Assembly: GCA_977018835.1 (NCBI GenBank)
Contig: OZ361258.1
Location: 1,736,001 to 1,800,000, forward strand
DNA: 64,000 bases
From: Minutocellus sp. GHC0000111
Taxonomy: Eukaryota
Direction: 5' to 3'
In this document: positions 11,660 through 22,073 of the stretch, in pieces
How positions within the stretch are numbered: position 1 is the first letter of the stretch
Layout of the letters: every line of letters begins with the position of its first letter
Translations under genes and position numbers: made by a program
The notes under the pieces: model-generated
Seen by the model: the letters and a program-made list of their open reading frames with translations, nothing else
Database searches by the model: none
Told to the model about the DNA's origin: nothing

Positions 11660-13219
11660 TTGGCCGACACACCACCACTGCTGTTAGTCCAGAGACCGCA
11701 GTCGACTCCGGAGTCAAACGGCCACGGCTCAGCTCCGTTGATAGTGCACGTAGATCCGATACCAGTCTCTACGACGGCAGAACAGTGCATGGCCGAACCA
11801 GATCGACCGGAACTGGATCACGTGTTGTTCGGAGTGGCAAGAGACCTCATCGTCCGAGGAGACTCTCCTGACCTTCCACGAGGCTGGGACAGACTCAGAC
11901 GTCAGATTCGGCCCGGGCGCAGAAGTTTCTTCACAGCCAGGGCGTCGTCCGAGAGACTGACCACAGACGCACTGGATTGGTGGAAAAGTTTTGCCGAGGG
12001 CCGAATCGACGTTACCGAGTGCCTCACCGATCTCGTCGAGCGCGCCACAGGCTACCTCCCATCGAGAGCCACGGGGTACCAGCCATCCCCAGCAGCAGCC
12101 GTTTCACACCTTACTCCAGTAGCGCACGGTCTGGTCGCCGAGTGCCTCGAGCAACAAGCCTTCTTGGTGTCACCGGACTGGCCCACGTACCTCGTCAACA
12201 TCTGGCTGATAGCCACGCGCCTTACCGAGCCTGAGATCCGCCGGGCACACGAGACGGCAACTGAGTTGGACCTGAGCAGTGCACTGTACCGACTACCACG
12301 GGCAGACGGAGGCGTCGTGGTTCAACAGTGTCGGGGGCGAAGGTGTCCGGAGGCATCGGTAGCAGCAGCGCGGCAACACCATTGCATCTGGCCCCAGCTC
12401 TGCCGGCTCACGCAGTGCATCCTCCACTACCAGGCCGACCGAAAAGAAAGACGGCGCATCGCGGCCAGAGAGGGCAGACCTCTAGAGCCGACACCGTACG
12501 CTTGCATAGGTTCACGGGGGAGCGAGCTTCCACCAACGCTGCCGCTCACTTATTTCGAGAGGGAGGTAAGGCCACTCTTCTACCCACGTGACGCACACGA
12601 CCGAACCGAGCGGGCTGGCGTCAGTGTGGCATTGGAGCGCGAGGAGATCTCATCGGCCCTTTCGCCCTGCCTGATCACCCAGTTCCCGCTGGATTCGCCG
12701 CACCCGTTCCAGAGACGGCAGTACCTACGACCGGACCAACTCACTGAAGCTATTATCAACTGGGACAGTGGATTCGAGAGCCTCACCAGCGCTCGACTCC
12801 GACACACTCGGCCTGACAGCAATCCTCTTGGACACCGAGTGGAGGTCAACCCGTACGAATGCTGGGGAAGGCTGGCAGACCTAACGGCGTCCCCCTCACA
12901 CCGCTGGGTAGGCACCTACCATCGAGTCTATCCGAGGTGGCTAGACGACACGGCCGATCCAAATCGCTGGGAGGGCACCGACTACCGCGTCTGGCCAAGA
13001 GCATCAATTCACCGGCGCCCCGACGATTTCGAGGCACCTATCCGCCTGCGAGATATCACCGCCGATATTTTGGTATCAGAGCCACCGCGTCAGGCATTCA
13101 ACATCCTTCTATCCACCTTTGGAGAGCCCGACATCGCCGACCGCATCCTCACCCTCACGGCCGATCTGAACCACATCCAGCGCCGAGAGGACCGACGCCG
13201 AAGGCGACAGGCAAGGTGA
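11660..13219 (+). CDS. Retrotransposon ORF1, unknown function
   Basis: 519-codon open frame (first ATG 11789) inside the element, directly upstream of the gag-like ORF. No recognised domain. Confidence 0.65.
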   Translation: MADTPPLLLVQRPQSTPESNGHGSAPLIVHVDPIPVSTTAEQCMAEPDRPELDHVLFGVARDLIVRGDSPDLPRGWDRLRRQIRPGRRSFFTARASSERLTTDALDWWKSFAEGRIDVTECLTDLVERATGYLPSRATGYQPSPAAAVSHLTPVAHGLVAECLEQQAFLVSPDWPTYLVNIWLIATRLTEPEIRRAHETATELDLSSALYRLPRADGGVVVQQCRGRRCPEASVAAARQHHCIWPQLCRLTQCILHYQADRKERRRIAAREGRPLEPTPYACIGSRGSELPPTLPLTYFEREVRPLFYPRDAHDRTERAGVSVALEREEISSALSPCLITQFPLDSPHPFQRRQYLRPDQLTEAIINWDSGFESLTSARLRHTRPDSNPLGHRVEVNPYECWGRLADLTASPSHRWVGTYHRVYPRWLDDTADPNRWEGTDYRVWPRASIHRRPDDFEAPIRLRDITADILVSEPPRQAFNILLSTFGEPDIADRILTLTADLNHIQRREDRRRRRQAR

Positions 13220-13235
13220 TCGAGCATTGATCACA

Positions 13236-15543
13236 ATGGCTTCATCTTTCAACACCTGGAAGTCAGTCCTGCTGGCACAAGAGATGCCGGCCGGGGCCGA
13301 CGCCGCCGTAGCTCGAGATTTCCAGAGATTCCTCGCCGACAACGTCTGTGAAACCGACCCCACGGCCGCTGTGGTCCAGAGCCATGCCCGAGCGATCCAG
13401 CAGCAAATCCGCGACGCCGAGGGTTTGTCCATGCTGGCCCACCATCCAGAAGGGAAAGTCGTGGTGATTCACCATGCCGTGGCTCAGGGAGGCACCACCA
13501 TGCAGCCCGACCTCAGGTTGGGTGGGCTCCTCGGGATCGACGATGTAGCCCCGGCAATGTCGTTGGCCCAACCTAGCCTCTTGCGGCACAAGGAGGTCCT
13601 AGCCCCATCGGTGGAAGCCATGCTGGGGGCACCGTCAGAAGCCGCCCTAACCGGTCTCACCCAGGAAGGCTCCAACACCCGCCACCGGAGTGCCTCCACG
13701 AAGTTTAAGTCCCTTGTGCCACTGCCACCTTCGATTCTGCAGAATGTTCTGGAAGAGCACGAGGCATCGCCTTGGGCCATCCTGTCCGCCATCAAACGTC
13801 GGCTGGATGAGGACGCCGGCAGCGACGACGCATCAGACAGCGGTGACGACGAGGGTCATGGCGCAGCAGGTCTTCGCTCCAATGAGGCTGTTCAACACGT
13901 CGTCAAGTGGCTGTGGTTCGTCGCCACGTCCGAGCAAGGTGACATCCCGGCCGTCAGCTTGTGCCCAACGACGGACCCGGCTCTCAAGACACACGCCCGT
14001 GAGATGCACGCTCGGCACATCACTGGCGCCAGTGGCGACGGACCACCAGCCGGTGGCGCCCCGACCGACTCTGCAGTTGCTGCCGCGGCCAACGCCATGA
14101 CTAGGGCCGCGTCCGAAGCATCCTCCCTCACCGGCGCAGTCATGGCCTACACTGACAAGGTCGACAAGAAGCACTCGATGAATGGCGCCATCCTCAAGGC
14201 CTGTGCCGCTTTCTGCCGGGTCTCGACCGAGCATGACGATGATGTAGCAGCGATCGACTCGAATCTTCCCGAAGGATTGAAAGCACTGCTGGAAGAGTCA
14301 AACCTCACGCAAGCAGCCGTCGGCCTCGAGCTGCATGTAAAGGGCAAGACCGGAGTCAGGACATCTCTCCAGGGCCTCACCACTTACGTCCGCCTCTTTG
14401 GCTTCGGGAAGAGCGACAAGAAAATCTACGATGGCTTCTCTGTCTTCGCCTTTAGCCCGGTAAACTCCAGCAGCAGCAATGCGCCCCTGTGCCTCTCCGC
14501 CTCTCAAAAGAAAGGACACACCTCGACTCAGGTGAAGGCTCTTCTGAAGCAGAACTACCGGTCCCCAACCGAGTGCGACGGTGCCAAACGTCACATCTCG
14601 GCCTTCGGCGCTGGCATTTCCTTCCTTGCCGGAGAGGATTCCGAGCCCGCTCGCTACGTCGCCAGGGTCCTCAGTCACATGAAGACACACGAGGACCAGT
14701 GCCGCGACATCGCCGAGAGCCATGGCGAGAAGTTCTGGCTGGCGATGTTCCACAACATCGACGCCTCCATCCATGCATTCTGGAAAGCTTGTCTCCGTTC
14801 CCCCCGACGACGCCGGCAACGACCTCTCTTGCTTCTCAATGGCCGACGAGTCCAAAAAGACAACGAAGACTCAGAATCCTTTCGTCTACCCCAGCCACAT
14901 CAAGCTCGTCCAATCGGCCGACGCTCCCACCCCTTCCTCGGATTCCGACTCCGACAAATCAGAGCCAAGAACCAGTCCGAAAAAGAAGCAAAAGACGGGC
15001 GGCGCCAGCGGCAGAGCCCACCAGTGCGAACACTTCGTCACGTTCAACATCAACCCCGGCAACTTTGCAAAACGGCATGGCAAGAAATCCGAGCCCTATG
15101 AGGACAGACCTGAAATTAATGGCTGTAAATTCTGCCCTCCATTCATCCTGATAGGTGTCTGCGGCGCCGGATCCTCGTGTAAGCTCAAGAAGTCGCATGT
15201 CAAGTTTCTCGGCCAGCCGGCCGAGCTCGTCCCTCCAAGCGCCGTCGAGTGCAGCCAGATGCGTCGGCGTCGATCCGCCCCGGTGGCTCCAGCCGCCCAA
15301 GGTTGTCCGGCACCCCAAAATCCGGCGTGTGCGGTCGCAACGACATCAGCAACCAATCCAGGCTCTCCGGTGCCCCTAACACCGGAGCAGAAGGCCGAGG
15401 CGTTAGCAGTGACCTTCGGTCGGGTCCTGGTCCCCCTAACACCAGCGGTGATGCCTGCGCCGACAACAGCATCTCAGGCTCTGGCTCCAGCACCACTAAC
15501 GCTGGCGGTGCGGAAGCCACCGACAACCTCTTCGACCGGCTAG
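13236..15543 (+). pseudogene. gag-like ORF with C-terminal CCCH-type zinc finger; frameshifted at about 14800
   Basis: Lies before RT. FCPPFILIGVCGAGSSCKLKKSH (C-x8-C-x5-C-x5-H) is in the shifted frame. The 3' end is approximate. Confidence 0.6.
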
Positions 15544-15756
15544 GCCAGCGAGAGAAGGATCTCCTAGGCAAGCAGCCCCAACCCGAAGCACAGTCTCCCC
15601 CTGGTTCCCCTACGCACAGCAAGGAAGCAGAACCGACACGCCAAAATGGTAAGTGAGACCAACAGGTGAAGAAACACCTACAACAAACGGGGCAGCCCAG
15701 CGCCCACAATGGGCCCACCACGGTCGGACAGACCCGCATGCTCGTGAACGTGCAGC

Positions 15757-18347
15757 ATGTGCATGTCTCACCTTTTTCTCGCCTCATGCAATTCCACGTG
15801 GGAACTAGAGCCCATCTTCGATGTTTCCACCTTGGTGCAGTGCGTCCGACGAGCAGTCGAGTCCCCGTCGGCCACACCGAAGCCCACGGAGTTCAGATTT
15901 GAGCTCTTGACGGAGGCCGCCGCTCACAATTGGTCGGTCCTCAAGAAACACGATCGTTCTCTGAGCAGGGCACTCGAGGCGCAGGGCGGGTCGCCACTCC
16001 AACCGGGATCGGAGTTCAGAGACCTGAGTCTTCTGGAGAGCCGATTCTTGGCCGGCACCCGCTGTGGCCCCGCTTCCGCTCCATTCTCGACAGTGGATCC
16101 GACTGGGCCCTCGATCCGGTGAGCGACGAAAGCAGACTGGACAGCGTGACAAAGAACATCGGCCGAGGCAACCACAAATCGGCCAGGGATAGGCCGGAGG
16201 TGCTCAAGGACCAAGTTCTCGACGACGTGACCCGCGGTTTCGCCCTCCCTCTGCCAGCAAAGGTCGCGCCCCTCATTCCTGGAGCGGAGGTGGCTCCGAT
16301 GGGTTTGGTAGCACAGAACACGATCAGCGAGGCTGGCGAGATCATGCCCAAGGACCGCCTGACTCACGACCAATCCTTCGAGATCGGTGCCGCACGGTCC
16401 GTCAACAACAGAGCACGCATGGAGGACCACCAGCCAGTGGTGTTCGGCCATGCCCTCCGGCGAGTGATCCACCACATCGTAGACGCCCGTCACAAGCATC
16501 CCCGCACTCCCATCCTCCTGCAGAAGGTCGATTTCAAGGCTGCGTGTCGCCGGGCCCACTTGGCTCCCAGCACGGCCGTCAAAACGATCACCACCCTGGA
16601 TGGCATTGCCCTCATGTCCCTCCGGCTGACTTTCGGCGGCCGCCCTTGCCCGAGCGAATGGTGCAATGTGTCCGAATCGGCGGCCGACCTGGCCAGGGCC
16701 CTCCTGCAATGCTCGGACTGGGACCCGTCAGAGCTCCACAGCCCCCAGCAGAAGCACTTGGGTCGCCCCAAGGTGGAGGGCGACTATGTGCCGTTCGCGC
16801 CGGCCCTGGACATGATCGCAACCCTTCCCGACAACAAGGATGGCATCGTCGAGCCGCACATCGATGACCTCATCGCCGCAGCCCCTGACCTGGGCGACAA
16901 CAAGGATCGGACATCCGCTGCCACCCTCCTCGCCATCCACGCGCTTGGCCGACCGGTGTCCGACAGCGAGCCACTGCCCAGAGATGACCTTGCCTCCATC
17001 AAGAAGCTGCTCGCCGACGGGACGCCTTCCGAAGCACTGTGTCTCTTGGGGTGGGATGCTGACACCCGGCGGCTCCTACTGAGGCTCCCTTGGAGCAAGC
17101 ACCTGGCCTGGCGCGATGACATGCTTCGGCTCCTCAGAGCCCGCGGCGCCACCAGATCAGAGCTGGACACCTTGGTCGGAAGGCTAAACCACGTCGGATG
17201 CATCATTCCAGCCGCACGACACTTCCTCAGCCGCCTTCGGGATCGGCTCTGGAAGGCCCGCCGCCACGGCCGCCAACGGTTCGACTCTGAGGATGCAGAA
17301 GACCTCAACCTATGGCTCCGCTTCCTCCGAAGGGCCGCCGATGGCATGAGCATGAACCTCCTCACGTGCCGTTGCCCCACCCACGAGCACACAAGTGACG
17401 CCTGCGAGCACGGCATCGGCGGATGGTCCTCATCCGGCAGAGCGTGGAGATTTGCCCTCCCCGAGGAGCTGTGGGGCCGGTTCACCCTCAATTACCTGGA
17501 ATTCCTCGCCGCCGTCATCGGCCCATGGATCGACCACATCGAGGGCAACCTGCCAACCCTCTCCTGCGTGCTGTCGGGGACCGACAGCACCACGGCCGAG
17601 GGATGGCTCAGGAAGTCGAACTTCGTGTCTCACGGCGAGAAGGATGCCGACGTAGCGGTCAAGCTGGCCACGGCGCGGAAACTAGCCGACACACTCATCG
17701 AGACCAACACCATGCTGCACTCACAGTGGTTCCAGGGGAAGCGCAATCCGGAGGCCGATTCTCTTTCTCGTGACACCGATCTCTCTGATGCTGACCTCAC
17801 GAAATTGCTTCTGTCATCTCCCGAATGTCAGCTTCCCTCAAATTTCAGGATTGCACCACTACCCAACGAGATTGCTTCCTGGATTGTCTCGCAGGCGCGG
17901 ACGCTGCCCGTCAGGAAGCAGTCACAACGGCCACTGCCGAGAAGCACGCTCTCGCGTGGAGCCGCTGGACTGAGTTCCTGCAGCTCATCGGGACCGGGGA
18001 CGACGTCTTCCTCGACAAGGTGTCACCCCGAGACCGAACAGTCATTCTCGGCGCCTTTGCCCACGCCGTCCGACAGGCCAGCTTTTCGGGGCCAAAGTTT
18101 TCGCGACTGGCTGCGTCGACAGTCCGAGATGCCGTCTCACATGCATGCTCGTCCTTCCGGCACAACCAGCGCAGGGACCCAGGGAAAGACGACATCGGCC
18201 AGCCTTCATTCCTTCTGCAGCGGCAGTTCCGAGGATGCAGCCAGTCCGACCCGGCCGAGCGGCCGGAGAAGGCGATCACCTGCCGGCTCCTCCGAGAGAT
18301 CGCCTCCGTCAGGGAAACGGAAGAGGACCGTGCAGTCGGGCAACTAG
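15757..18347 (+). pseudogene. Reverse transcriptase / RNase H of YR retrotransposon
   Basis: KDRLTHDQSF, KVDFKAACRR, LRLTFGGRPCPSEW, HIDD (for YIDD), LGW, and RNase H TSDAC..GIGG, NYLEF, TDSTTA, NPEADSLSR. Frameshift near 16040. Confidence 0.92.
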
Positions 18348-19109
18348 CCGTCGGCGCCTTCTTCTTCGCGATGAGGTCTTGCGAACACTCCAGAGTCAGC
18401 GGTGAGCGCAGGACCAAGCTGCTCCGCCTCCGCAACATCCAGTTCTACCGCGGCCGACGGCGCATGTGTCACAACGACCGGTCCCTCCTCTCAGCAGACT
18501 CTGTCTCCGTCGCCTTTGAGTTCCAGAAGAACGACGAGCGTGACGTCACGATTGCGCAACACTGCACCCACGACGCCACCCTCTGCCCAGTTCGAGCTTG
18601 GGCTGCCCTGGTGAAACGAGTCCTAGGGCACCCTAGCACCAACAGCGATACGCCGGTAAATGCCTTCGTGGTCAACGGCGCATTAAAATACATTCCTGCC
18701 ACCCGAATAGTTGACAAGATCCGAGCGTCGGCCACAGTGATTGGAGAGAGGACGTCCTGGGCTGCCATCCCTCTGAATTCGGATCACACTCCATTCATTC
18801 GCAGCGGGGAGCAGCAATGGCAATGTATCTAAATGATGTTCCCACGTACACAATCATGCTGGTAGGGCGGTGGTCCAGTGACGCCTTCCTCAAGCACATC
18901 CGTCGCCAGGTCCAAGAATTTACATCCGGAGTCTCCACACGCATGATCCAACGAGGTTCCTTCTTCAACGTGCCCCACGCACACTCGACGAGCCATCGCG
19001 AAGACCCAAGGACCCCAAATTGCCGCCAATCCTTCGCCGGCATCAACAGTGTTGGCCGAAATGCCGGCTTCGGGACTCCAATGCGCCCCCCTTCGCCCTG
19101 TTCACCTAA
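17825..19109 (+). pseudogene. Tyrosine recombinase, overlapping the RT/RH ORF; frameshifted, catalytic Tyr replaced by His
   Basis: FFFAMRSCE, FEFQKND, LCPVRAW, disrupted HSIRSG (about 18790-18810), IMLVGRWSSDAFLKHIR. Confidence 0.9.
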
Positions 19110-19532
19110 GCACGACACACATTATTGGCCGATCTGTGCTACGGAAAGGAGGAGGGGGAGAGGGACCTCACCCTCTAAGAAGTTTCATTTACCGCCAATG
19201 CCAGCTCCAGTTCACGTAGTTAAACTGCATTTCATGTTCTACTAAGTTGCATAGAGTTGGGAGAATCAGCGGAGGGAGGTGCTGTGTTCGATGCATCATC
19301 ATCGTTGTGGGGGCACCGCACGGTGGGGATGAGCTGGCGACGGTGGTTAGCAGCAGGCACTAAAACTGCATTCCTGTAGTGCCCAGTTTTTCTGCTGACC
19401 ACCACCTTCGCCTCCTCTCGTCTCAACTGACCAAGCCACAACCATCTGCGATTGCTGCCGTTGCAATTGCTAAAAGTCAGCTCACAGCACCGGCTCCCAG
19501 AGCCTGTCTCTCTCTCTCTCAGTAGTTAGTTA
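18906..19532 (+). repeat. Right long direct repeat C-A-D
   Basis: Copy of 10995-11615 with a few substitutions and slippage indels. Confidence 0.95.
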
Positions 19533-20053
19533 ATTTAAGGCGGTAAATGAAACTTCTTAGACGGGTTTGAGGGAATTTCTGCCGCCGCTGGCCCGACATG
19601 TCCGATAGGGTGGGTTGTTTGAGCACCGTGAAACAAAAGAATTCAGTGTGACTAGCTAGGAATTCCTACATGTAGGAGTGCCTCCTACTTGAGTTATAAT
19701 ACTGTAAGAAATTTATATAAGATTCTACCGGTATCACCGCCAGAGAGGGTGTATGCAGCAAACCGGAAAAAATGCAACTCATATGTATTGAAGATCTGAA
19801 TTCATCCTCCTTCCTTCTTCGTTCGATGTGCCAATGATCAGAATATACGAGTGTCTTGGTCCCACTCTAGTTATCTAAGGTGGCTCATGTTCGACACACC
19901 CGTGCTCTCATCGCCACGCGCATAAAGTAAATCAGTTCACATACATAAATCCAATGCAACAAGTTGCGTGCCCGGATCAGCTTGCATCTAAATCATCAAG
20001 ATCTGTCGATACTCCTCTATAGTGACTTCTACTCCACTTCTTCCGCTTTCAAA

Positions 20054-20812
20054 TTACCAATTGCCATCCGGCTTGGCACCAATGCCATCGGCGTACGCAA
20101 CGAGTCGGACCGAGTACGGACTCTCCGGACTTCCCGTCCCGGCTTCGAAGCATTTGACCTTGATGGTCAGATTCCTCTGGCTCTTGTCGTACTTGACCTC
20201 GCACTGCTCGTAGCCCGCCCAGACGTAGATCTTGGGCTTGGTTCCGCCGAAGCTCCACACCTTGCCGTTGAACTTGCAGGGGTGGATGAGCCGCTTGGTC
20301 TGGAGGAGGGCGGCGATATCGGCGTCATTGGTCATTAGCCACTTGGTCATCTTCTTGGTGTCGGATTTGAGAGAGGTGGAATACTCCTTCATGAGGGCCG
20401 TGGCCATCTCGGGACTCATTCCCCCCTCGCTTACCTCGCACGTTGGCTTTTTCCGATTGCCGAACGTGAGCTTCTTCACGGATCGTTCGACGTTCTTGCC
20501 GAGGCGCTTTTGCACCGTGGTCACCTCCTTCGCGGTGGGGGTGACAACTGTTGGAGCGGCAGCAGCTGAAGTGGCGGAGGAAGAAGTGGAGATGGGAGCT
20601 GGCTTGCGGGCCTTCTTGGCATTGTTCTGCTGGACCTTGGTGGCGGCAGCGAGCTGGAGGCGGAGGGCCTGCCGCTCTTCGTCGAGGTCGCGAACCAGCC
20701 CCTGCAGCTGCTCGTTGTTGAGAGAGGAGAGATCGGCAGGGACCAGCACGGCGGCGCCCTTGGCCGACGAGATGTCGTCCGACTTGCGCTTGAGGGAAAC
20801 GAAGGCGTCCAT
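20054..20812 (-). CDS. Hypothetical protein (coiled coil plus basic globular C-terminus)
   Basis: Intact ORF from ATG (MDAFVSLKRK) with strong GC3 codon bias. Confidence 0.7.
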   Translation of the reverse strand: MDAFVSLKRKSDDISSAKGAAVLVPADLSSLNNEQLQGLVRDLDEERQALRLQLAAATKVQQNNAKKARKPAPISTSSSATSAAAAPTVVTPTAKEVTTVQKRLGKNVERSVKKLTFGNRKKPTCEVSEGGMSPEMATALMKEYSTSLKSDTKKMTKWLMTNDADIAALLQTKRLIHPCKFNGKVWSFGGTKPKIYVWAGYEQCEVKYDKSQRNLTIKVKCFEAGTGSPESPYSVRLVAYADGIGAKPDGNW

Positions 20813-22073
20813 CTTGCTGGGGCTTTGGTGGGAAGTAGGAATTCCAACTGCTTTGAGAGGCGAGTGCTTGTGGTGTGAATTTGAATTTGAGGTTGGCGCG
20901 CCCGCCAACCATAGCTCAGGTATCTCTGTTGTAGCACCAATGGTATCTCAGTATCTCTCGTATCTCAGTTTGGTGGTCGGCTTGTTTGTGCTTGTTTTTT
21001 GCTGCTTAGTAGCATGATTGAAATTTTATCACGCCGTTTTGGGCCCAGCAATCTGAGCACATATTCGGACTCCTCATTGTATATTGAATATGCCTATGCA
21101 TTCAAATTGCTGGGCCGACGATGGCGTGCCTCCTTTGCTCTTTTGACTTGGCAATATTTCATCAGAGAAAATCCCATATCTGCCCCCTTTTTTCATTCCC
21201 CTTTCCAATTCAGTCCGTCCATCCATCCATCAGCCATCTCGTGAAGGTCACAAACGAAACGGAGAAGCGAGAAGGAGAAGACGGTACCGTCGGAAGGTAT
21301 CAGTTACTGGCTTTGTTGGGGCGATACAATTTCTTCCTTGCTGTATCACTGTGTCTCCTCGTTCATCACATCATCCGTTTCCTGGAGCTCCTGCGCTGTC
21401 CCCGCGTTTGCAACACGCGCAGGACTGACTTATCCGCCGGTCATCACGTCGGTCACACGTAGCTCTGCGGTCACATTGCCAGCTACTCAGCTGCATCGTT
21501 GTCACATCCCATTTTGTGATACTGCCAATAAAGAGGGCACCATTTATTCAGCACAAAAGTATATCTTTATTGGCATATCGGGCGTATCTCGGACACATCT
21601 TGTCTTTTGCTGCTCAGGTTTTCCGTTTGTAGGGTAAGTTTATGCGCACGCGCTGTGGCCGACATTTGCCTTGTACCTCTCATTAATCATGTGCTCCTTT
21701 GTTTGTACCTTGTTCTCACCATGCATACTGCAACATTCCTTCCATATATCGTTACCCTTTCAACAGGTAGAAAGCAACAGGCTTGTTGCTGCAGCCAACA
21801 ATCCCGGAATAGGTCGCCCCTCTCGTCGTCTTTGAGGTGGTCCGTCGAAGACCGCCAGTACGGGCATAGTTGCGTCTGCGTCTACCGGTGGTTGGTCCTG
21901 GGCCTAAAATTTGATTGGATTGACACCTCCTCAGTTTTTCCTACCTGTCTTGTGGCTTTCGCGGCTATTGTAGCACAGCAGTGCCAGTAATACCTCCCGA
22001 CTCACTTTGGAGCACAATGTAGACTATCGGGCAATTGTATCGGGCAGTCTCCCGCCAACCATACCATTGCATC

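Larger units (their letters stand above)
10832..19532 (+). mobile_element. Tyrosine-recombinase retrotransposon (Ngaro/DIRS-like), degenerate
   Basis: ORF order is unknown ORF1, gag-like, RT/RNase H, overlapping YR. Bounded by direct repeats. No integrase and no DIRS1-type methyltransferase seen. Confidence 0.92.

Noticed and set aside
15900..18450. Many overlapping ORFs on both strands within the retrotransposon
   Set aside because: Expected once TAA/TAG-forming TA dinucleotides are depleted. They have no independent motifs.
16381..18640. CpG-methylation decay as the cause of the His/Cys excess
   Set aside because: CpG remains abundant here, and the affected conserved residues are Tyr (TAY), not Arg (CGN).
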